Source: Gnetum montanum (Eukaryota > Plantae > Gnetophyta). Taken from it: 64,000 bases of DNA. Positions 52,496 through 64,000 of the stretch are shown piece after piece. The stretch spans positions 1,199,843-1,263,842 of the forward strand of contig MNCI01001451.1 of NCBI GenBank assembly GCA_015680685.1. Reading direction: 5' to 3'. Position numbers and translations under genes: made by a program. The notes under the pieces are model-generated. The model was given only the letters and a program-made list of their open reading frames with translations, did no database searches and was not told where the DNA came from. Every line of letters starts with the position of its first letter. The first letter of the stretch is position 1.

Positions 52496-52725
52496 ATCAC
52501 TTGGGATCATGTGACATTCTCTTTTATCTTCAGGTAATCAGAGGATTTGTTTGTCCAAATTTTTTGTACCATGCTTAATTTTTTAATTTGGTTGATCTAT
52601 TTGGACACTTAGTTTTGTACATCTATTTTATCTTGTTTTATTATGTCAAGAGCTGATCAATACTCCCATACATTCCTCATTCTGTAAATAACTCAAGGAT
52701 GATTTTTCATTCAGTCATGGGGGTA

Positions 52726-53435
52726 TGATAAAACATGGTTTTTTGTGTTGACTAGGCTCTATCGATGTAGTCTGCTGCATGAACAAGGCCTCATCGATGA
52801 GCCCTCATTGACGTAGTCTATTAGGTCAATGTGGCCCCATCATTGCAGGGGTTTGTCTTGGCCTATAAATACATGCTCACCAACTGCATTTAGAGCATCA
52901 TTATTCTTAGCAATAGCAGAGCTCTTGTACTTTGTTTAGTTAAAAGTTAGAATATTTTTCCTACCTATAGCAGGAGTCATCAAGTGTACAAATCTTTATT
53001 TGAGAATTTTTGTACCTAAGCATGATAGTGTGTGTGGCAATAAAGATGAACTTCTTGATAAACCTTGTAGCATTCTGGATAATTTAAATGTTTCATTTAT
53101 GAATTTAATATTTTTAGTTACTTATTCAATATTTTCCAATAATTAAGTTGATTAAGCTAATTAATCAAGATAAGCTAAATATATTAAATACATAAGTACA
53201 ATCACTTTGAATGTAGCATATATTTGCTTGGTAATCCCCATAGCATTATTACTTGGTGTGCCCAGTAGCGTAGCACTTGGTAACCCAATAGTGAATACGT
53301 GAGTTTAGGATGTGTATGGAAAGTGGAAATGGATGCCTATGTTAGGATTAGTTAGAGACTACTTAGTTAGTTAATTTAGATTAGTCATTAAATTACTTTA
53401 TCTCTCTCTTTTCAAACACCCAAGAACACAAAACA
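52726..53435 (+). repeat. 3' LTR of Ath-2 (right boundary approximate)
   Basis: TGATAAAA after GGGGGTA, CCTATAAATA at 52862, candidate end ...ACACAAAACA. Confidence 0.65.
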
Positions 53436-56319
53436 TAAAATGATAAAAATCATATGCCCTGATTTCACTTAGCGATACCTTTGTACTTTAAAAGTGTAAT
53501 TGAGAAAACAATGAATGACCTTAGGACAAGGTTTACTTCCTACAAGACTAGTGCACTGGAAACTATAAAGTCCATGGAACTCAACCAGATCATGGACGAA
53601 CACTTTATGATTCGTATGGTTGGACGTAGGGGTACCTTGCCGCTCATCAAAAGATAAAGTAAACACAAAATAGAATTTTCATATAATAGGGATAAAGTCC
53701 ATGTAAATTATATTTGAATTCTTATGTCATGTAGGATAAAATAGAAAATTCCATTTATTTTACTTTTACAAAAATATTGATGGATGGATGTAATTAGACA
53801 ATGACACCAATCTCTCAAGTCGATTCAATTTCTAGCTAATTTTCATGAAAATACGTTTATTTCATCATATACCACTATGGCCCCATCATTTGAGTATAAA
53901 TATGTGAGCAAAATATAATTGTATGAGATACTACAACAATAAGATTACATGCATTACAAAATTTTTTCTAATTCATCATTATTACCAACATTTCATCAAT
54001 TATCATTACCTTACTAATTTTTCTTTATCATACATTCATCCATCACATTTATTCATTATTTCACAACTATCAAGAGTCACCAACCTTTTCAAGAATAATT
54101 TATCAATTTGTCACATGATCAACAATATCGTCAAAGTATTTTCATCAAATTTATTATAGTTTTAGTTTAGCAATATATTTGGATGATTAAACATCATTTA
54201 TTTGGGATCAATTAATTTACCCACTAAAATTAAATTAATTAGATCAATGCTTCATTATAGGCTGCTCAAAAACCTAAGGAGACTCCAAAAAATCAAGTTT
54301 TATTTAAATCTAACTTTATAATCTTGAAAAATTCAAAATATTCATATTCACCATGATTCATGGTGAGGTCATGGTATTATAGGTTTATTGACCATGAGTT
54401 CACCATGAATTGTGGTATTATAGAAATTAATTTCCTAAAGACCATGACTTGTGGTCAACTTGTGGAGTCATCCACAACTTGTGGTTACTTTAAATTATCA
54501 ACAATGAATGGTCACCTAAATATATAGATTTCATTTATGGTAAATTCATCATGAACCATGGTGGACATACCATGATTTACAGTATTCAAAAATTCAAATT
54601 TCTTAACCATTATGTTAGATCATAACTCATGGTATCCTTGAGAATCAAATTTCTTTGATTTTTGAAGATCACAATCCATCAATAACTCATGGTATCAGAG
54701 CATGACCTATGATCTACCCATGGTGAAAGACCACGACTTGTGCTATGAAACCATAACTTTTTGGTAAATCAAATTTTAAAGTTTATTACTTTTGGACAAA
54801 ATTTGAGAATTTTCATCAAGGGATTCATCCTCCAAATCCCAATAGAAGCTAGTGAGTGACTTTCCACTAAAATTAGATATTGAAATGGAGGGCTCAAATG
54901 CTATTTTAAGAAAATGATAAGTTAGTGATGTTGATGCTAATTTCAACATCAAATACTATACTTAAAGTGTGAAAGGACTTCATGGAGATTGGCATATATG
55001 CCAGGAAAGATCTAATGGAAAATTGTGATGCCATTAATAACTAAAAATCTTACATTGATGGTAACACTAATATTTTTCTTCACATAGAAAATCAAGAAAT
55101 GACTTTGAATCTTAAAATTTCAGCCTAAATTGAACATAGGAACCTAGTATTTATAAGTCTAGGATTATAAAAAAATCCTAAGATTTCAAGATGATAGCTT
55201 AGTATTAGAGGTAATAATAACAATAATCATTGTAGCTTGAGATAATATAAGGATGGAAATTATAATGATTAATGTAGGGAGACTAATGAAATTTGATAGT
55301 TTTGATTAACTTTTGGAAAACTTATGCATGAATATGTATCCCTTTAAAGCTAAGGTAGAATGGAAGGCCTTAGTAAGAGAATATACCATGATTTCTATCC
55401 TTGAAAGACATGGAGTTTTGTTGCTAAATAATAATTTATGATGTCATAGCTAATGTTGTTTAGCTTATTAAAGTATTAAAAAAGTAGGTACAACATTGTC
55501 CCCACTTAATAGTTGTTAAAATGTTGAAAGGAAGATTCATCAAGAAGAAGGTGGATGGTAATTTGATGTGATGATGTACTTGTAATAGAGGACGAAAAGA
55601 AATGCATTAGGAGGATAAAAATTAGGATGTGAATTATAAACCTAAAATTTAGAAATTAATGAATTAGAGAAAATACATAAGGGACATAACCTATACATTG
55701 TATTAATGTACTATGCCCTAGAAGTGGGAAATGGCTAGATCCCATGCTCTTGTTGATAATTGATGGATTTGATAATTTTCTCTTTGCTTCACTAAAAGTC
55801 AACATACTCTCATATGCAGAATAATTGTGGAACACTCATAGATCTCTACAGGAGGTGAATTACCTGTAAATATCCTTGCCATTAGTGTGCTATGGAAGAC
55901 GTATTAATAGAATGGAACAAACATAAATAGGAAAAATAAATGAAATGACATAGGAAGATTACATAAGAATGATGGTAGAATAGAGATGAGTAGAATGAGA
56001 TGAAGAATAGGATAGAAAAGGAGTTGAAAAAGTGTAATAAAATAAAATTGAGGGTGGAAAAGAGTTAAAAAACCTATTTTTAAAACCAAATTTAGTGCTT
56101 GTCTAGATATTCTTAATTGACAAGATTTGGATATTGATTTTCATAAGAATCCATTCCTAAGGTTTTTGATGATGACAAAGGGGCCTTTCAAATTACTAGA
56201 GAAGTTCATAATTTTGACATTTGAAAAATGCTACAACACAAGATCACCTTATTTGATGTCTCCTAGAGAGATGTGCTTATCATGATGATGTCTCATGGCT
56301 TTTTGATGATTTTGAATAT

Positions 56320-57573
56320 TGATAACTACAATATTTCTAAGGATCAAGCTAATGAGCAATACTATGAAGCTTTGGGAGATACTCATAGAGAGACATCTCA
56401 AACTCAAATCAATAATATCATAAAATTAATTTGTATTTATGCCAAAGAGATCTAATATAGAGGCTATTTTCTTGATACAAAAATGGATGGAGAAATTTCT
56501 AAAACATAGAAAAAATATGGATATAATCTTTATTAACCTAGAAAAAGTGTATGAAAGAGTACCTAGAGATATTATTTGGCAAGCCTTACAAATGAAAAAT
56601 ATCCTTGATAAATATATTAAATTGATTCAAAAGATGTATGAAAGAGCTACCACTAAAATTAGAATAGCTTGTGGAACAACATTTGATTTTCTAGTCATAG
56701 TAGGTCTACATCAAGGGTCTGCACTTAGCCCATACTTATTTTTCATTATTATGGATTAATTAAGAAACTAAATACAAGATGATATTCCTTGGTGTATGCT
56801 ATTTGCATATGATATTTTGTTCATGGATACAACTCATGAAAAATAAAAGAAGTGAAGACATGAGTTAAAATAAAAAGGTTTTAAAATTAGGAAATGTAAG
56901 AATATATAAAATGTAATTTCAATAACAAAATAAATAATGGTGAAATAGAAGTCATAATTCAAGGTCAAAAAGTCCTTTAATGCAAATATTTTTGCTACCT
57001 AGGATCAATCCTTTAATTATATAGTCAAATTAATAAAGATATAGGAAATAGAATTGAGGAAAGATGGTCAAAATGAAGATAGGCTAGTGGTGTTCTATGT
57101 GATAAGAGAATACAAATAAAATTAAGAGAAAACTTTTATAGGATAATAAGCAGGCTTCTTATATAATATGATGTTGCATTTTGGGAAATACAAAAGAGGC
57201 ACAAACAATGAATCAGTGTTGCAAGAGTAAAAATGTTTCAATAGATGTTCACTGTCACTAGAAGAGATCAACTATATAATATAGACATTAGAGTAACACT
57301 TGAAATGGCTTCTATTTCAGGTAAGCTATAAGTATAGTTTGGACATATGTAAAGAAGATTAGACAATGATCCTATAAACAAAGGTTGCTATATCACTATT
57401 CTAAGAAAGCCACTAAAAGAAAGACTAAATAAGAAATAGGAAAAAATAAACAAAGATGATTTGAAGAAATTGCAAATAAACAAAGATATATACTTTATGG
57501 AGATGAATGATTAAAAAAAGCTCATGTAGTCAACTCCATTTTGTTGGGATAAGACAAGAATGTTGATGACGAT
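56320..57573 (+). mobile_element. 5'-truncated RTE-clade LINE
   Basis: RIKLMSNTMKLWE, FMPKRSNIEAIF, FINLEKVYERVPR, GLHQGSALSPYLF, IPWCMLFAYDI. Plant-RTE-like 3' end CATGTAGTCAACTCC...TGGGATAAG plus a decayed GTTG/GATG tail. Confidence 0.92.
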
Positions 57574-57661
57574 GTCTACCTCAACACAGCACATCTTGTC
57601 ATTCTCTTCATTTTTCATTTAGTTATTCAAGGTTACCTAAATATAGGATAAATTTAGTTCT

Positions 57662-58535
57662 TGATGTAAAGCATATCTCAATAGACTCCAAAAGGATCCA
57701 TTCCACAAACCTTCTATGCAAAATTTAACTTAGAAGTAAGAACAAGATAATGAATTGGAGAAAATTCCCCTTTTTATAAGAAAACTCTCAATATGTAGAG
57801 AATTACATAAAACATAAGGAGCCAAGCTCAACTAAAACCTCTCCCAAGGATCTTAGAGGTCACACATGTCCTCTCTCAATCCTCAATTGCTCACAATGGA
57901 GTTATAGCTCAAGACAAGATACTTATAAGAGATTCTCCTAACCTCTCTAAAGTGCTCTCTATTTCCTCTCACTCAAAAATTTCTTACACAAGCTCTCTTC
58001 ATGCACAAGATCCAAAGAGATCTCTCAAAACTCTCAATATTTATTAAGCCTTGGACTCTTATTTATAGCTTCTTGGTATGACCTTTTATCTTTCCTTCAA
58101 TTTTCCACTTAATTTGATATCTATTATAATATGTATGAGACATCTATGAGAAATAATAGTCATCTATTTTAAGTGAAGAGGATATAAGAGTAGACATCTT
58201 AGGGAAGATGTCTTACAAGAGACATCTTGACTAAGACATTTAAAATGTAGTTGGGTATCTCACTTGTAGTTGGGATGTCTCACTTGCAGCTAGGACATCT
58301 AACTTGCAAGGCCAAAATACAAAGATGCTTGTTTGGAGGCCTAGAACCTCTAAAAAAGTTTCCATACACCCCAGAACATCCTAAACTAATCAAAATATCC
58401 CCAAAAAACCTCCAAACATGGCAAAACATCTTGGAATCATCATCAAAAGGTCAAAACAAGAAGACATACACAAACATCATACACATATCCCAGATACATT
58501 AAAGATTACATAAGGGCTAGGTGATGTCCTCATCA
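57662..58535 (-). repeat. 3' LTR of the CRM-like element
   Basis: Direct repeat of 60979-61773. Adjacent PPT GGATGGAAGAGA on the minus strand at 58536-58547. Confidence 0.9.
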
Positions 58536-59239
58536 TCTCTTCCATCCTTAAAATGCATGCTTAATGACCTTTCATAAGTTAGAAGGCATTATGCCCTCAT
58601 GACTCAAGGTCATCACTCCTATCATAACAATCAAAACTTAATGCATCAAAAACATGAGAATGAGTATCAATTGAGTATTTTGTTTTGAGCTTCCCTTGCT
58701 CATGGAGGCTTGTCCTCATGCCCCATAATGCTTTCTTCATTTGAGAATCTCCTTGGAATGCATCCCTTGCATCTTGATGATGACTCAAACCTATAGAAGA
58801 ATGGCACAAGAATCTGGAAAAATAATTTTTAGCATTAATCCATGAGGTATGGTTCCTTGCCCTATTCCCAAATACCAATGGCATTTCTCCACTTGTTTCC
58901 AATTGATCTTCCTTATTCTTCCAACATCTTCTTGCAAATACAAATTTCAGCCCAATACTTACATAAGTATCCAAAAGCATAAAACAATATACTAATGCCA
59001 TTAACACCCAAGATTGAAAAGTAGCCTAAATAAACTTTTTCTCATTTATATGAAACTCAACACAATTAATAACAACATCCATATCAAATGCATTCTCTTT
59101 AGCATCAAAGAAACTTTCATCATCATAAATAGCTTTCAGCTCACATTTTCCTTACAAATAGGAAACATCAATGAAGAATTTAAGTTACCAACCTCACTAT
59201 CAACAATAGTGGACAACAATCTAAAATTATGATTGCCTT

Positions 59240-60480
59240 GCCTTACATTGCAAAAATTATGTTCTCCATCAAAAATAGCATTATTATCATAATTCCATAG
59301 TCTACCAAATATAAGATTTGAATAATCAATAGGTAATACATCACAAAGAATTTGATCATGAAAATATCCAATGGAATAATTAATAAGATAATTTTCATTA
59401 ACTTTCTTATAATTATCCCTGATTAACTAATGCACTTTATATGGATTAGGGTCAAGAATTTTAACTAAATGCAATTACTTCACAACCTTAGTAGAAATCA
59501 CATTTTCTTATGCCCCACTATCAATGAGCACACTTAAAGAATGACATTTAACATCACAATGAGTTCTAAAAAAGCTCTTCCTCATAACCTTTTCATTAGT
59601 ACTAACATGTCCAACAAAAGTACAACTATTAAATTTACTTTGATCAATAATATATGATGGATCATGTTCACATAACTTCTTTGAAGATTTAGGCTCATCC
59701 TCTTGCATAGTTTGAATTTCCTTATCCTTAGAGGCATTCTTCTTTGGCTTTGTACATTCCCATTGTCTATGACCTGATTCACCACAATTATAACATATAT
59801 CTTTACCTCTTGGAGTTATTTCCCTTCTTCTTTCCCTCCTAGGAGACGTAGACTCTGTTTCAATCTTCTTGGGTTCATCTTCACCATCTTCCTTGGATGA
59901 TTTTCTTACCTTGTGAGTTGTGTCATTCTCAATCCTTTTCTTGTAATCTTTATCCTTCTTCAATCCAAGCCTTGTGATTTTTATTTTATCCTTGAGAGCA
60001 AGATCATAGGCTTCATTAAGAGTATTAGGCTCATAGAATGCTAATTCTTGTTGATATTGCATTGTTAAACCACTAATGAAATTAGAAGCTTACTCATACT
60101 TAGTCTAATAGACATTAGCTATTTCCAAACTGGTACAAAATTCAACATAAAAATATTTTACCTCTTGATCTCCTTGTTTGAGAAAGTTCAAATTCGTGAT
60201 GGTTTCATGATAAAAGGATGTCTTCTCAAAATTATGCTTTAGGATGAATTCAATGAGTTTTCAATGCTCAATAGGCTTTACATGTTCTTCAAAGTATTTG
60301 AGACATTTATTGTCCCAACATTTGGCTGCTAATCCTTCAAGCTTACTCTCAACAACATGAATCATTAACTCACTAGGAAGTTGTTGAATAAGAAAATACT
60401 TATTCACAACCCTAATCCATGAAAGAAAGAAATCTATACCTTCAACACCCTTAATTATGGGAATATTCACATGATTAACT
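59240..60480 (-). pseudogene. gag: gag and aspartic protease of the CRM-like element
   Basis: NIPIIKGVEGIDFFLSW, zinc knuckle CYNCGESGHRQWEC, FFRTHCDVK...VLIDSGA*ENVIS, DQILCDVLPID...LIFGRLW. Confidence 0.88.
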
Positions 60481-60964
60481 CTTAAAGAACTTTTTAAGAT
60501 CTTTAGAAACCTTTCATCATCATTGTTTCATTATTATGAAGAAAAGGAAACATTTTCTCATACCTTTAAGTTCTAATTTCTTCTCTTGTTGGAGTCCTTT
60601 GATCATTTCTTCCTCTTAATATTTGCATATATGTAAAAGGATTCCCTTCTTCAATCTCCTCTTCACTTCTTCTTGAAGCTTCTTCAAAATCTTGATGTAT
60701 GCTAGTCATGACCTTGGGAAGGAGTTCTTCCATTCTAGCAACAACAGCCTTAAAGGAGTATTTAAGCTATTAAATATTTTTTCCAAGGTCTTGATTAGTC
60801 TTCTTCTTAGAATCCATACTTTTCATAAAGAAAATTCAAGCAGTCTTTACCAATCTTAGGTTCTTCAAACCCTAAGCAGTTGTAAAGCTTCAAAATTCTT
60901 CAAAATTTCTTAAAAAATTTGATGAAGAGCACTAGTTTATATGTGGTTTCCTCTAAAAAAAATT

Positions 60965-60975
60965 CTCTAATACCA
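60965..60975 (-). promoter_or_regulatory. PBS, initiator tRNA-Met type
   Basis: Minus strand TGGTATTAGAG (consensus TGGTATCAGAG), 3 nt from the 5' LTR. Confidence 0.85.
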
Positions 60976-60978
60976 ATT

Positions 60979-61773
60979 TTATGTGAAGCCTATCTTAATA
61001 TATTAAAAAAGAATCCATTACACAAACCTTCTAAGAAAAATTCAACTTAGAAGTAAGAACAGGATAATGAATTAGAGAAAATTCCTCTTTTTATAAGAAA
61101 ATTATCACTATGGAGAGAATTACATAAAAGATGATGAGCAAAGCTCATCTCAAATGTCTCTCAAGGATCTTAGAGGCCACAGATGTCCTCTCTCAATTAT
61201 TAATTTTTCACAATGGAGCTAAAGCTCAAGACAAGACACATATAAGAGATTCTCCTAACCTCTCTCAAGTTCTCTCCCTTGCCTCTCACTTAAACACTTC
61301 TTACACAAGCTCTCAAGAAATCTCTCAAATCTCTCACTCTTTCTCAAGCCTTGATCTCTTATTTATAGCTTATTAATGTGACCTTTCATCTTCCCTCTAA
61401 TCTACCATTCAATTTGATATCCATTAAAATCCTCATGAGATGTCTATGAAAAAAAGTAGATGTCTATCATGAGTGCAGAGGATATCAAAGTAGATGTCTT
61501 GGAGAAGACATCCTATAGTAGATGTCTAATACATAGTTCGGACATCCCACTTGTAGTTAGGACATATCACCTACAAGGCCAAAATACAAAGATGCTTGTT
61601 CTAAGGCTTGGAACCTCCAAAAACCTTCAAACAAGTCCCCATAGCCCCTATAACATGGCAAAAATCCTTGGGAATCTTAATGAAAAGGTTAGCACAAGAA
61701 GAAATACATAAATAACATTGACATATCTAGGGTACATTGAGGATTACACTAGGGCTGGTTGATGTCCTCATCA
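60979..61773 (-). repeat. 5' LTR of the CRM-like element
   Basis: Direct repeat of 57662-58535, ending GTCCTCATCA on the + strand. Confidence 0.9.
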
Positions 61774-64000
61774 GTTCCACTAGCAACATTGCTTTAGATT
61801 TATTAATAAGAACAAAGTTTAACTAGTGACATTATGAAAAGTGATTTAGTAAACCTAAAAGTATGAGATAATTTGGCATGCCAATCTCTTAGGTTTGTTA
61901 ATCATGATTGTTAAATAATATGATTAGGGATTTATTAGTTGAATTAACTTGACCATTTAACTAAGGTTAATAGAGATACAAGAATAACTAGGTAATTTGG
62001 TAATGAATAGAGATCCATTATCACTAACAATGTGGAGAGAAACATCAAAATGGATGTTGATATGGTTGAGGAAGAAATAATAAATGTGATTGGTTGTGGA
62101 AAATTTCAAAGAAATGATAAAATTACTTAGTAGCTATGAGGATAAACTAATAATTAGTGAAATATGAAGTATTAATAGAACCTATGATATATAGCCCCCA
62201 TTTCTTGGAGGGCCATACAATATTCAATGTTTGAAGCTTTTGAGATGGAACATAAGTGGATCATCACACTTAATAATATTTTGATCCTCTCTTAACATTG
62301 TAGGCTACTAGTAAGGATTGGAAATTATCTAGGATGATCATGTTTTCCATGTTCTTTTCTTGTGTGTTGAAGTTCATATGTCATGTATCTTGAGGATCTA
62401 TAAGGTTTATATGATAAGTTATTTTATTTTTTATAATGAACTTTATAAAATAATGTGCACATTCATGTACATGTGCACATAGAAATGGAGTTATTAGTAG
62501 CTTGTGAAGTGTCATAGTTAAAGTTATTACTTGGTTTAGAGGTGTCAAACATGCTCATAGTTGGTTAATTAATTCATTACTTATATATGATGTTTCAAAG
62601 TTATGGAGAGATGCTTTAGAACTATAGTGGTGTTCTCATTGATGAGCCTTAATGATAAGCGAGGTAGTGTCCATGCATGACAACATCCTTACACTTTTAT
62701 AAATCACTCTCCATTTACTACTAAAGGTCATAGGAAAGAGAGGTGTATGTATTTTCTATAGTTTTCTATGTTCATTTGCATTTGTGCTCTGCTAAAGTCT
62801 ATCAAGAGTATTCTACTCTTCCTTATTCAATGTTCTTAATTTTTTAATCACAAGTTACATTCATTTGATCTCAATTTTCTCTCATGTCCATAGTTTCTCA
62901 CATGTTCAAAAATTGATCTTATTTCTCATCCTTATTCTTATTTTTCAATAAAGCTCTCAAGTTCTTAGTTGTTTTGCATGGTCTTAGTCCATTATTTTAG
63001 TTTTCAATTGTTAAGGTTATAAAAGTTTACAAGTTTTTTCTATTAGGGTTTACTATATTTAATTTGAATATATTATTTTAAAGTATTATTTAAGTGTTAT
63101 AACTAGTTTGAGGTCTAGATATAATTTAAATGGACACTTATGTTTCATCATTTTAATGTTTGGAGATCCTTTGTTTCGGATCTCTATAAAAATTCTATCC
63201 AAAGTTAATCGTTTTTGCATTTCCTACATCACAACAACCGTACTATGATCCATGGTGAGCTAAATTCTAAATTCCTACAAGATTATAACTCATGGTTAGT
63301 TTTTAATTAGTAACCATGAGTTTTGGTGCACTTCTTGTTGAAGTGCATAAATACCACAACACATAGTTATTCAATAAACCATAACTCATGGTTGAATCAT
63401 GATGGAATTATTTATAACCATGATCTCCTGTCCAATTGTAGTAATTGTTTTTTCTTTTAACTACAACTTATGGTTGACTCTGGTCTTTGATCATGACCCA
63501 TATTATTTTCAGTTTTTGAATTCCTTACTATTTTAACCTCATCATGACCCATTGTTAAATATCATGACTTATGCTATAATACCATAAAATCTCCTAGACT
63601 CATGGTCTAGCTAATTATGTTCTTTATAGTAAATTTTGGAGCTAAAACATTTGCCAATGATTCTTCTTAGGAATCTTATTTCTTTATAAAAAGCTTTCAT
63701 AGTAACATAGAGTAAAGATGCAAGTCACTAGAGAATGAGATTCGAAGTAACCACCTTACACTCCTAAATCTACTTGTTCTAGAACTATTTGAGCTTCATC
63801 ATTAATTAGGCAACACAAAAAACTTTGTAGTATATATGTAACACTATATATCAAGATTAATAATAATTTTCTTAAAATCTTTATAAGGAGCATTGTTTTA
63901 AGAAATAAAAAGGAGTTCATGAGTTTCTCTAATTTGAAGGTATTGTATGATGTTTCAATATTGTTCATCTTATTCTAAATTAACAAAGTCAATATGTTGT

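Larger units (their letters stand above)
45100..53435 (+). mobile_element. Athila-like (non-chromovirus) Ty3/gypsy element Ath-2, 5' part missing
   Basis: pol remnant, long non-coding spacer, accessory ORF and 3' LTR. Boundaries approximate. Confidence 0.8.
57662..61773 (-). mobile_element. Non-autonomous CRM-like LTR element carrying gag-protease only (TR-GAG-like), 4.1 kb
   Basis: LTRs with TGATG...CATCA termini, TSD GTTCT/GTTCC, iMet PBS and PPT. No RT, RH or INT. Confidence 0.88.

Noticed and set aside
54690-54701. Perfect TGGTATCAGAGC (iMet PBS) after a CA
   Set aside because: It lies inside the CATAACTCATGGT motif cluster (similar copy at ~54621), and no LTR or gag is recognisable around it, so it is likely chance.
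61900-62340. Possible hAT-transposase C-terminal remnant (also 55000-55560)
   Set aside because: Only a vague resemblance, with no diagnostic motif or TIR.

Overview
AT-rich, strongly CpG/CHG-decayed land-plant genomic DNA (probably a large genome), made almost entirely of nested, degenerate retrotransposons; no intact host gene is visible. Layout: (1) a minus-strand Tat-clade Ty3/gypsy element (Tat-B, 1-12792, running off the left edge); (2) a full-length 18.7-kb plus-strand relative (Tat-A, 14194-32902), both inserted head-to-head into an older Athila-like element (12793-14193 plus 32903-~36205); (3) LTR remnants and a minus-strand island of host-gene fragments (class II histone deacetylase, PLS-type PPR, an unknown exon) at ~40.3-41.8 kb; (4) a second Athila-like element (~45.1-53.4 kb); (5) a 5'-truncated RTE LINE; (6) a 4.1-kb non-autonomous CRM-like gag-protease element (57662-61773). 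Best candidate for an undescribed system: in both diverged Tat elements gag-protease and RT-RH-aRH-INT are separate ORFs, split by a 6.3-6.8-kb spacer. The spacer carries an antisense, multi-intron gene with conserved splice positions, encoding an apparently catalytically dead FCP1/NIF (HAD) phosphatase-like domain followed by a plant-transposon accessory region. Pol begins at its own ATG behind a conserved splice acceptor, and family-specific CpG motif clusters sit in the LTR, the 5'UTR and upstream of the accessory gene. All protein assignments come from motif recognition by eye, not database searches.
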